Below, piece by piece: positions 12,001-22,410 of a DNA stretch of 64,000 bases. The notes under the pieces were generated by a model that saw only the letters and a list, made by a program, of their open reading frames with translations, did not search any database and was not told the origin of the DNA. A program made the position numbers and the translations under genes. The DNA comes from Psammoneis japonica. Taxonomy: Eukaryota. The stretch spans positions 62,001 through 126,000 of the forward strand of contig QPGO01000064.1 of NCBI GenBank assembly GCA_008632985.1. Reading direction: 5' to 3'. How positions within the stretch are numbered: position 1 is the first letter of the stretch; each line of letters opens with the position of its first letter.

Positions 12001-13983
12001 TTGCTCCCTCATTTTTCTTGTTGACCCTGTGTGTGTCCAGCCATTGGCACCTGCAGTGCCTCCTTGGCCAAATTGGGATGATTGTCACCCCCCAGTGCAC
12101 AAACAACTGGCGCAGGTTCTTCAAGATGAGCCAACATTCCTTGATGCCTTCAATGAGTGGCACTGCTGACACAACTTGTTTTTCTCTTTCTTCTGGGTGT
12201 CATCTGCTTCCTTGCTGAACCCATCTTCTTTCTTGGTGATTTCTTCTGAGATGACTCTGCCACAGGACCCTTCCACCATCTCAACAATGCTCATGAACCA
12301 ACTGCAATGATCTTGAAGTGCCTCTCATTCATCCTGCCAAATGAGCGCCAACTGCTTCCAAGCCTTGACAGCCTGAACATGCACGCAGATTCTCTCATTT
12401 TAGTGTCCACCAACAACAAGATGATTGACTTGAGAACTTCCAACAGTGCCAGCACCATGCCCCACTCTCATGCAACCATTGCAAACTCCTTCCTTTCTTC
12501 AACTCAGTGACAGACAGCCTTCATGCACTGTCCCACAATTGTGTTGAATGCCTTCACCTTCTGTGTCTTGCAGATCACATCATCTTGCTTCATGTTTTGG
12601 TGACTGCATTGCTCCCCCCAGATTGCCTTGTCCATCTTGGGCATGGTTGTGCCTGATGGACATTCTGGCTCCTCCAGTTTGCTCTCCTGCCTCAAAGATG
12701 GCAGTGCCTGCATCTCCAGCCCAAACACTCTTCCAACATGCTTGCTCATTTTTCTCATGGTCTCTCCACATGTCCAGCTGCCTGTCCACCTGACTCAGCA
12801 ATGGCGCCAAAGAACACCATCTCCTTTGAATCTTTTGTGCTTCCACACTCAGTTGCATCCTTGCCCATGCCAAGGTTTCTTCTGGTCTCTGGCACAACTT
12901 TGCTTCACCCTCTTTCAGCAGACCCATGCAGCTTCCTCACAGCAAGGTTCTCCAGTGATTGTCTGTCCACTTGCTTCATCCATCCAGCTTGTTTGCTGCA
13001 ATCCACTGACACAAATTGTGCCTTTTGATTCTTGAAGACTTTCCAGCCAGCCAGCCTTTTTGGCTTCTGCACTGGGATTTTGCAGCTTGCCAACTGATCT
13101 GCATCAGTCTTGCCAATCCCTCAACTTGCTGCATGGATTGAAAATGCTGCCCTGTGCCAATTGCCATGTTGTCCTGGTGCAGAAGCTGAAAAGTGAGCAT
13201 GAGACCCGCCCTCATGGTGAGTTGCAAATGTGCAGATTTTGCCATGTCACCAACAGTTGTCAGTGTTCTTTTCACTTCAACATTGTCTGAACATGCTGCA
13301 CAAGCTGTGTTGCACCCTGATGTTCCAACAGCTCCAGCTCCTGGCAAAATTCTTTTGGACATTCATGCACTCCTGTGCAGCTTTCAGTGCTGGTCAAGAA
13401 ATTTGTTGCAGATGCCAGAGCTTGCAATTCTTTTTGCATGCTTTTGATGACAAAATGACCTTGGCATTGTGACAACAAGCAAAACAACAAATGCAGAGCA
13501 AAACAAAAACCACAACAGTGACAGAGTTGCAATCCACTGAGAAGAGCATCAATGGCTTTCAACAACAATCCTGCCACAACTTCAACAAAGCAAAAAATGA
13601 CAAGCTGGACAACAAGCGCAAAGAGAAAAGCAACAACACCATCATCAACATTTGCATCTGACACTGCCCCTTGTGCTTGAACTTCACCATGATGTGAACA
13701 AAATGCAACAATGAATGAGACAACAAACAATGTGGGAAGGAAAATGAAGGCAATGGCAGTGTGAGCTGCTGCCACTTTTGCTGACACTGTTTGAGCCAGC
13801 AGCTTTCAACATTGCTGCAACAACACAAAACATGCCAAACATCCCTCACTTTTTGTCATGACACCAACAAAACATGATGATGAGCGAGACAACAACAAGT
13901 GTGGCAGAAAGTGAGGACAATGATGTGTGGCAGCAAGCACTGACATTTGCTCTTGCCACCTGCCACTGTGCCAGCCAGTGTTT
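9095..13983. mobile_element. TpA/CpG-depleted block 2: Plavaka-like transposase relic (plus strand) interrupted by an LTR-like element
   Basis: TA/CG depletion, Tyr-free spurious ORFs, homology to block 1, fragments such as FHVVLFTLCLDA and GGNLKVRK. Confidence 0.55.
11536..13295 (-). mobile_element. Degenerate gag-only LTR-like element A
   Basis: Direct repeats 11536-11765 and 13074-13295 flank a minus-strand gag-like remnant with a decayed zinc knuckle (LKCWKHNKVGHAKKVC). The internal region is homologous to ~39000-39850. Confidence 0.6.
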
Positions 13984-14894
13984 GACTTGTTCCAGACTTA
14001 GGTGGCGCGCACATGCCCCTTTTCGCAGAAAAAAATTTTTTTATGCTTTATACAACATCGTACATATTTCATCATATTGATCATATTAATTGCTTATAAG
14101 TAAAATAAACAGAATAAACTCGAACAAACAAACAGCCAAACCGGCCATGGCTTTCAGTGACCATGACGGCCCACTTTTTTCAGCCTTATGGAAAATTTAA
14201 TGTCATGACGAGGACCTCCGTATTTGATATAGTCTATGGCATCAACAACAATAGTGAAAATGCTTGTTACAGGTTGCAGCGCGGCACAATAATACTAAAT
14301 CTGTCAGCAACAACAATTGAGCCTCAATTCACTCACAATTTGCCTCTAAGGACCATTTCTTTGCCATTACCATGTATACTTCCTCAATATATTCGACGGA
14401 TTCAAGTGTCTCAATTGTTTATGCCTCTTAAACAGTGAAAAATGGTCCGAAGTCGACGCCATTGCGTGGGCTGAGCTACCCTTCTTCTCACGTCGTCCGA
14501 AACTTATAAATCAACGTATGTTTTATTCGATCCGTTGAATCAAATTTGTATTCGCGCATTGTAACCAAAGATTAATTATGTTATGTTAGAGGGTTAATTT
14601 ATATATAAGAATAATATTTTATACGTTTCTACACACATTTAGACATCTATAAATCGCTCCTCGGAAAACAGAGCTCTCAACTTGCGGTACAATTTAGGGA
14701 CTAATAACTGAGTCCATCGACAGTTTCGAATACATGGGTACACGCACAAGACCTTTCTGTATGTACCCATAACAACACATTTGAAAATTGTTATGTTTTT
14801 ACTATCGAAAATGGTACCGCAAGTGTGGACCGCGCGTTTCATGCGAAAAGGGTCATTTTTTCGCGCGTGAGGGCACCTAAGTCTGGAACAAGTC
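13984..14894. mobile_element. 911 bp AT-rich non-autonomous TIR element (MITE-like)
   Basis: Perfect 21 bp TIR gacttgttccagacttaggtg (13984-14004) / cacctaagtctggaacaagtc (14874-14894). Subterminal 14/15 match atg(c/a)cccttttcgca. gttt flanks both sides (possible 4 bp TSD). TA and CG content is normal inside. Confidence 0.85.
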
Positions 14895-17170
14895 GTTTGA
14901 CAAGCTTTCAATGTGGGTGGCACCCCCACAAACAACAAGGCATTGAAGAAGTGTCAGCCATGGTGTGTTTGATCCAGTCAGCGCACCATGTGGATGTTAA
15001 CATTGAAACTCAAAGGACAGCAAAGCCGTGCATGTGCAACCACGAACACACGCACAGCTCCCCTGCCACAGGGGTGCAGCCAATGAAGACACCAAACACA
15101 GCTGGGTGGCTTGTCAAAAGAAATTGGTGGCAACTTTGTGTTGAAATTGGCCCAGTGCTTTGAAACAGGAACCTCTTTTTCTTCTTGCAGCACAGTCTTC
15201 TTTGTCAGTCAATCTGCCGCACACATTGCTGTTGACTTGGCAATGACGAGTGAACAGTGCAACCCTTTTTAAATTGGACCAGGCCTCCTGCTGGGTGCTG
15301 GCATTGACCACAGCAAGTGTCAGGACAGCCAGTGCATGTGTGCAAGTGTGTGCACATGGGGTGGTGGCTGGTGGGGCCATTGGCAACACACTGATCATGG
15401 CCAATGTGTTGACAGCTTGCTCTGATTTTGGGGCTGCACCAGCATGCAACATGAGCACTTTTTTTTTAGTTTGCCACCACAACATGTCACATTGCACAAA
15501 CTTGCTTGATGTTGTTTGATGCAGCTTTGCTGGCATGGCTGTTTCACATGCAGTTTGTGATGCACCACAAAGCCAAATGTTTTTTTTTACTTTCCATGCC
15601 AGAAGCCCCAATTTTTTCTGAGTTTGAAGCTCTCTTTGGAAAAAGAACAGCTCTCCATGTGCCTGCCATGGGGATCTCATCAGTTTTTTAGGAAGCCAAC
15701 ATGAACTCCAGCACACCAAATGTTCCTTCAACAAATGTCCCTGCATCCTGGTCGTGTGAAGCTGCAGTGTGGTTTTGCACTGTTCCCAACAACTGGCAGA
15801 GATGGTCATTTGACACCTGATGACACCCCGCCAAATCAAAAATGCTTTGATGATTGTGTCTGACAGCCTCAGAGTGTTGAACAATGTCAGGTGGCTTTCA
15901 AAAGACTGTCCACAAGTGGTGCACATTTCTCATTGTGAAAATCACCTGGCTGTGGCAATCTGCAAGAACCAGGTTTGCACAGGAGTTACACAGAATTCCA
16001 CAGGGACAACACGTGCAGCTGCCATTTTTCAAATGATGACACTCACACTGAATGACATGCTGAACATGCTGGTGCCATTTTTGTGCAGCATGCAATGACA
16101 CAGATGCAAGCACAATCCTGGCTGCACTTTTTTTAACAGTTTTTTTTTTAATGTGCAAAGTGTCCAAAATTGCAGAGCTGCCAAAAAAACAGGGCTGTTG
16201 TCAGCCAGCTGAGCGCAGCGCAGTTTGAACTTTTTGTTGCCATTGCTGCTGGCTCCTGCTGTGATTGACAGCCAGACTGGGGCACACTTTCAAAATGAAG
16301 GGTTTTGTGCTTTTTTGCTGCCCACCAACACACCACCAAACTGCTGTCAGATCCAAGCACAAAGGGTCTTGGGAGGAATGATGTGAGAGCAAAAGCAGAG
16401 CCAACTGCGCTTGCGCTGAATCTGTGCAGGGCTTGGTGCTCAGTTTCTGTGGCCAAAGCCCATCAACAATTGATGACCAATGAGACCTCTGTTTTTAGCT
16501 TGTGTCACATCAAAAGTGCTGCTCATCATCATCAATGTGATGGTGGGTGGCTGGACCATTTTGCTGCTGCATTTGCAGCATCGCCAGCAGCTTGCACTGT
16601 GACAGAGTTGGTCCTCTCCACGGGCCTTTCCCACAACAATGTGGAGAACAACAACCTCTTTTGGAGAATGACCACAAAATGACTGTGACCCAAATTTCTT
16701 GCACTGGCATTGCAGAAAAGTGCAGCCTTTCCCCCCACAAGTTCCACGCAGATGAGAGAGGGGCCGGCACTTGTGCGGCAGCGTCAAAGCAGCCAACTTC
16801 TTGCTGCTTTCTTAGATCATCTCTTGCATTGGTCTGTGGAGAGTGCTGCAGAATTGTCTTTGTTCCAATTCTCTCTGTCAACACTGCTTTGGCTCCACTC
16901 TGGCCAGAGAGTCTGCTCCTGCCAGTGGCTTGCACCCGCCGGGGCTCGCTTGGTTTGCTCCCATGTCGCTCCGACTCTGGTGGCCCACACAACCTCCCAG
17001 CCAACTTCTTGCTTTCTCAGATCATCTTGCACCTTGCACCAGACTCTAAAGATTGCTGCAGATTGACTTTGTTTGAATTCTGTCTGTTCACACTGCTTTT
17101 GCCCTGTTCCAGTGGCTGGAGTCTACTCCCAGCTTGCATCAGGGCTCTCGTGGTCACTCGAACTGGCCCA
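14895..17170. other. TpA/CpG-depleted block 3 (continuation of block 2), unidentified repeat relic
   Basis: Same compositional signature. The 270 aa ORF 15114-15926 has no Tyr. Confidence 0.7.
16791..17160. repeat. Diverged ~200 bp tandem duplication
   Basis: agccaacttcttgc..tttct(t/c)agatcat..ttgca..tgctgcaga..acactgcttt starts at ~16791 and again at ~16999. Confidence 0.75.
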
Positions 17171-17358
17171 TAAGTTTTGCGCGATGACGTGTCATAGGTA
17201 GGCTCGAGCCTCGAGCGAGCTCACTCTTTTTTATTTTTTTGCTGTTGCTGTTTGCTGTGGTTGCGCTGGTGTTGTTGCGTTGGTTGGTGCCGCTTTCGCT
17301 GCACCTCGTTACTGCGTTGCCCGTCGCTTTTTATAAATACATAACCTTCACGAGTGCC

Positions 17359-18066
17359 ATGTCGAGAATCTTAATTTTGTTTCTGGCCTACCTCTCGGTT
17401 GTCGCGGCCGTGGATATTCAACCGGACGCATTTTATCAGAAACTCGTCAACAACGAGCTTGACTTGGTAATTGACGTTCGTACCCAGGGTGAATGGGACT
17501 TGGGTCACATTGAAGGTGCCACCCATGTTGAATCACTTCAGAACGCAGCAACGCTACCAACGAAAATTGACGGGTGTCAAGGAGAATGCCGGGAGATTGT
17601 TGTGTATTGTCGGTCAGGCAATCGTGCGGTTGGGGCCATTCGGAAACTTGTGGATGAATTTGGATTCCAAGGAAACATTTCGAATGGATTGGGCATCAAT
17701 CAGTGGAAGGCTGCTGGATACGAACTGATCAATGGGACGTCAGTGGATCCTCCTTGCGCCGCAAGTGACAGTGCGCCGTGCAATGTGGCTGCTCCTGCAG
17801 GACCGTCTCTTGGTGGAGAAGGCGGTCAACCGTGTCCCAGGAGCAACATTGATCCGTGTGAGGAGGAACAAACACAAACGCCGGGTGGAGGTAGCGAGAC
17901 TGAACAAACACAAACTCCAGGTGGAGGTAGCGAGACAGAACCAACACAACCACCAGTCGGAGGAAGCGAGACGCTAGATGATGGATCTAGTGCAATTTCT
18001 CTAGCTTCAAACTCTGCTCTAGTTCAAGGGCTTGGAGCCGTCGTGATTGCATTGATTTGGCCTTAG
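17359..18066 (+). CDS. Secreted or surface-anchored rhodanese-domain protein (paralogue of 2631-3584)
   Basis: Signal peptide, VIDVRTQGEWDLGHIEGA, VVYCRSGNRA, 3x EQTQTPGGGSET-like repeats, hydrophobic C-terminus. Confidence 0.85.
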   Translation: MSRILILFLAYLSVVAAVDIQPDAFYQKLVNNELDLVIDVRTQGEWDLGHIEGATHVESLQNAATLPTKIDGCQGECREIVVYCRSGNRAVGAIRKLVDEFGFQGNISNGLGINQWKAAGYELINGTSVDPPCAASDSAPCNVAAPAGPSLGGEGGQPCPRSNIDPCEEEQTQTPGGGSETEQTQTPGGGSETEPTQPPVGGSETLDDGSSAISLASNSALVQGLGAVVIALIWP

Positions 18067-18352
18067 AGACTTCAAAATGCCGATAAGATTGTAGAAAGAG
18101 TACATTATAACCTACACTACTTATGACACGTGTTGCATCCCAAGTTCATCCCGCGTTCTGCCTCTCTACTCTAGCTAGAGTCTTTTTTGAATGCTTCTCT
18201 ACTCTAGCCGGCAACGGTAGCCTTTCTCGTCGGTTCGGCGTTCCTGTGGCACTGCGTCTCTGGGCCGTAGGATTCTACGTCAAAATCCTACCAGGGCAAA
18301 CCGTTGAGATAGTTGAGAGATTGAGTTCGACGGGTCACAAGCATCAAGCACC

Positions 18353-19579
18353 ATGATGCTTCTCTCGATATGTCGCAGAGCTGCAATATGCGTGTTGCTT
18401 CTCGACCTTATGATCACATGCCATACAGTGTTTGCCATTGAGGAGGTACAAGAAGTAGTTAAGATCGAAGATGAGGAGAACGCCGTGGCTGAAAAGGATG
18501 ACTTTGAAAAAGCGACTGAATTTCGTTCCTTTCTCATGTACATGTTTGATGCGGTGGACGAGAGTTTGGATGCCACCAAGGAGTGGAGGGGACAGGAACG
18601 TTTCATTGTCGCAGCTCTGTTGGAATATCTCGAGATGGATACTTTTTTGTTTGGAAAGACCTTGACGAAGAAGGACGGAAACTGGATGTACGAAATATTC
18701 AAAAAGGTGACAAGCTTGGCTCCACCTCAATTCTTTCACGTATGGGACGAACACGCGCCATCTATGGAAGAAATCAATATTGTTGTGACAATTGACGACG
18801 AAGCTGTGCATCTGGCTTCGTATGTGGATGAAACAGACGGCAAAATGGTGGTGGATCAAGACAAGCTATTGGGTAGAGCCTTTTTGCCCTTTCGCCACCG
18901 TGGATTCACCCCAACCTTGTTGGATACATTTTGCCGCGTTGTTTTGGGGCCATTGAAATCTGTAACATACGCTATTCCCAGCAATGAAATTCTGGAAGAG
19001 ATTGCCAAGTATCAACCTCTTATTGAAGTGGGCGCAGGATCTGGATATTGGAGCGCAGCTTTGAAGGTATTGTATGACGTTGATATCGAACCGCACGATG
19101 CCAAGCCGCCTCACTCTGAAGAAGAAGACAAAAATGTGTACTTTTATGATTCCTACACGGATATTTTGCCCGGTGACTGTGTCTCGGTGTATACCGATCC
19201 GGAACAGAATACCACCAACAAGACCATGCTGATTGTGTGGCCAAACAATCCTGATAATATCGATAATCACGAAGAATTCCATACCGAAGGCATGCCCTAC
19301 GTATGGGATGTTGATTGCTTGGAGGCATTCTTAGCCGCAGGCGGCACACAGCTTATTTACGTTGGTGAACGAGAAGAAAATATCCACATTTTACCAGATG
19401 GTCATCCTGAAAGTGGACTTTGCGCCTCACGCAAATTTCAAACCATGCTCAAGGAAAGGTTTGACCTTGTCAAACAAATGGATCTGCCAGTGTGGTATTA
19501 CTCGGACGACGTGACGTTTTGGAGACTCAAGGAAGAACCGACCGAGGAAGCGGATAAGGAGCAAAAGTCTGAGCTTTAA
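18353..19579 (+). CDS. Secretory-pathway class I SAM-dependent methyltransferase-like protein
   Basis: Signal peptide, YAIPSNEIL, IEVGAGSGYW motif I, C-terminal KSEL (KDEL-like). Confidence 0.75.
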   Translation: MMLLSICRRAAICVLLLDLMITCHTVFAIEEVQEVVKIEDEENAVAEKDDFEKATEFRSFLMYMFDAVDESLDATKEWRGQERFIVAALLEYLEMDTFLFGKTLTKKDGNWMYEIFKKVTSLAPPQFFHVWDEHAPSMEEINIVVTIDDEAVHLASYVDETDGKMVVDQDKLLGRAFLPFRHRGFTPTLLDTFCRVVLGPLKSVTYAIPSNEILEEIAKYQPLIEVGAGSGYWSAALKVLYDVDIEPHDAKPPHSEEEDKNVYFYDSYTDILPGDCVSVYTDPEQNTTNKTMLIVWPNNPDNIDNHEEFHTEGMPYVWDVDCLEAFLAAGGTQLIYVGEREENIHILPDGHPESGLCASRKFQTMLKERFDLVKQMDLPVWYYSDDVTFWRLKEEPTEEADKEQKSEL

Positions 19580-20411
19580 AAGTGACGGATTATATTATGT
19601 CATGTACGGCTTTTCGTGAAATTGTATTGTTGGCTTCTTCAGATATTCTGTCTCTAGGATCATTTCCCTACTTTCGACGAGTAGGTGTTGCATGGCGATA
19701 TCCGGCGGCAATTCTCTCAAATAATATTGCTCTCCGCTGGACGTCAAACCGATTATTCTGGCATAGTAGTAGCCATCGCATCCTCGTCCAATTTCGACGC
19801 GATGACTGGATTCCAACTCCGTGTCTGTAAGTCCTGTAGCTAGTGATATGTATGCACAGAGGGTTCTGGCAGATGGAACATGATATGTGTCCATTGTTGT
19901 TGCTGCTCTCCTGCATGCGGATTGTGAAAACAATAGACATATCACTCTCAACGTGACCGTGTCAATCGAGAACAAACTTGTACTACTCACCGCAGCCCGC
20001 AACTCCTGACAATACAAACAGACAATCTGACGATCCCACTCTATCTTCAGCGTGCGCGTCTAGATTAGAAGTAGAACTTCTAGAGTAGCTATATACTAGA
20101 GCTACTCTAGAGAGATCCCACTACCGTATGATGATGATGTATGGTGCAAATTGCCGATCATTTTTTTGAAATTTTGCTGTTCGCGTCAACCGAACTCCCC
20201 CGGATCGCTGCTCTCTTTCACGTAAAAGAGTACTGAAATCTACGCGTTTCGGTAACAGTAAACACCACTGCTTACAGCACGAGAACAAAATCATTCTGGA
20301 ATCTCAGAACTCTTTTGTTGACACCATCACCATCACCTCATTCTTATTGCTATCGCATCGCTTCCCTTTGGCGGCCTCCACATTCTCGCTGGCTCTTATC
20401 CTTGTAATACC

Positions 20412-21023
20412 ATGTCTTCCGAGAGTGATACCACTTTGATTATCTTTGATCTCGGTTTCATCGACGACATTGATGCAGCTATTCAAGGAATTGCTGACAA
20501 CTGGGCGTGGATCCTGGCGGAAGGCATCATCAATGTGGTGTTCGGTGTAATAGCCATCATGGCTCCCATCCTGGCAACTGCCTCTGTTGCACTGTACGTT
20601 CATTCAGCAATCATGATTTCAGGACTCGTCCATATTTCTGGCTTGATTTTTGCCGAGCGAGGCTTCAGGATCCGTTCCTTTCTCGTTGGGGTGTTGCAGC
20701 TTTCTCTCGGAGCTGTGCTTGAATACTATCCCTTGGAGAGCTTGGTTACAGTCACGACCTTGATCGCTTCCGTCATGATGGTTGATGGAACTTATAGGAC
20801 TGTCATGGCTAACCAGAACCGTGACTTGCCAGGTTGGTTCTGGACGTCAATGGGCGGGGTCTTGTCGGTGACGACTGGATTTGTGGTGCTTGCAACGCTC
20901 CCGACCTCGTCGCTTGACACTATTGGCACTCTTGTTGGGATCCACTTACTCTCTGTGGGACCGACAAGGATCAAAATTGCAAAGCTGGGTCGCGAGATTG
21001 CTTTGCTGGAGAAGGAAGACTAA
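20412..21023 (+). CDS. HdeD/DUF308 family membrane protein
   Basis: About six hydrophobic segments. NWAWILAEGIINVVFGVIAIMAP and LPGWFWTSMGGVLS match the HdeD pattern. Confidence 0.75.
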   Translation: MSSESDTTLIIFDLGFIDDIDAAIQGIADNWAWILAEGIINVVFGVIAIMAPILATASVALYVHSAIMISGLVHISGLIFAERGFRIRSFLVGVLQLSLGAVLEYYPLESLVTVTTLIASVMMVDGTYRTVMANQNRDLPGWFWTSMGGVLSVTTGFVVLATLPTSSLDTIGTLVGIHLLSVGPTRIKIAKLGREIALLEKED

Positions 21024-21423
21024 CACGCTTTTTATCTGTTCAGTCAAATCTTCGTGCTGAAACGAGACTTTGTGTATGTATGTGTGTGTGGAAACGTATA
21101 TGTATGAGATTGGGAGGGGTTGGAGCAGCTGGAGAGGGGATACACTTTACTCCTAGTTATTGGGTCAGACCACCATAGCTAACAGTAAGCAGAATCAGTT
21201 GCAATGTAGAAGCATCAGACGAAAGCCTAGAACCATCATCTCTACCTGCTACTTCCCATGAAACAGCCTCCGGAAAACAAAATGATGTATTGGTTTCTAT
21301 TAGGCTGCACATACCTACTGGCTTAGAGAATCAGAGGCCACCTTGGGCCCTCAGCGACTGCGTTCAAGACCGTCCATACTTCATGGAACAGACGCCAGGA
21401 GAAGTAAGATATGTACAACATTC

Positions 21424-21966
21424 TCACCACAGGATTTCTAGTTCAGGCTTGATCACAACTTGTATTTTTTGTTCCTTGTTGTAGGTTTCGTCTTCGAGCA
21501 CACTTTTATCAACATAATACAACAGTTCACTCTCTTCTCCATGCGGATTGCCCGGTCCTTTGCCTCCGCCTACTTGTCGAGACCCATATGATACAACGTC
21601 TGTCGGCAAGAGGTGCACTATATCGATATCATCGCTTTGATAACCAGGAAATCGATCCTCCTCGTCCACAAGAAATTCAATCGAATCTCCAAAGGCAGCT
21701 TCATTTGACCACGCCGAAAGAGGTGCCAAAGTCCCATCTTCTTGCATGGCTCCCAATTCCAAATAATCATCGTCTTTGTTGTTTCGCTTTTTAAACAGAA
21801 CGACATCCATGTCCATGAGTGAGTCGAATTCAACATTGGAAGATGATTTGTGTACGACGTATTGTCTCCGTGGCAGTGACCAACGTCGTGACGAATACAA
21901 CATGGGAGGTGGTACCCACGCCGTCACTAACCCAATCGACATGAGCAAGGCGAAAATTCTTTCCAT
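21424..21966 (-). CDS. Hypothetical protein, likely plastid-targeted
   Basis: Signal peptide ending VTA|W (ASAFAP-type +1 aromatic), basic transit-like segment, YGSRQVGGGKGPGNPHGEESE. Confidence 0.75.
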   Translation of the reverse strand: MERIFALLMSIGLVTAWVPPPMLYSSRRWSLPRRQYVVHKSSSNVEFDSLMDMDVVLFKKRNNKDDDYLELGAMQEDGTLAPLSAWSNEAAFGDSIEFLVDEEDRFPGYQSDDIDIVHLLPTDVVSYGSRQVGGGKGPGNPHGEESELLYYVDKSVLEDETYNKEQKIQVVIKPELEILW

Positions 21967-22410
21967 GGTTCTAAATAGGTGCAACGTAGCTCAACCCAAG
22001 CTTTCAAGGGGACTAGTTCGAAGAGGACGAGAGAGTCAGAGAGAAAACAATTGTGTCCACCATGGTAGCGATTTTCAACATTTCCCGCCATTTTGTCTGT
22101 CCGTCGATGTCGGAAAAGCTACGGAAATCGTGATAAAACAACAAAACCACATAATTTTGCTCATTGCTTCCGAAAACAAATGAAAATCTCCATTATATCT
22201 CTGAAAAAACGAAATATTTAGCCGATCGCCGATCTAGATCGTCCATGAGCAAAAGGATGCAGCGTCAACAATGAATGAGGCTGTGACATAAACAACGCTC
22301 TCGTCGTAGCAAGAAGAGGGGCGAGACAGTAGGGAGCGGATGACTCGGTTCATGCCATTGTAGTCCAATTTTCGTTGTGTGTTGAGAGAAAAAGCAATAA
22401 GAAAGCAAGC

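Noticed and set aside
3750..17170. Classical fungal RIP
   Set aside because: RIP converts CpA to TpA, enriching TA and AT content. Here TA is lost and CA/TG gained.
17863..17970. Three ~36 bp direct repeats as a CRISPR-like array
   Set aside because: In-frame coding repeats (EQTQTPGGGSET) with no spacers, in a eukaryotic gene.
22081..22090. TTCCCGCC E2F-like sites (also ~2309 and, reversed, ~7774)
   Set aside because: Short motif with no cell-cycle context in the adjacent genes, so it is not supportable as functional.
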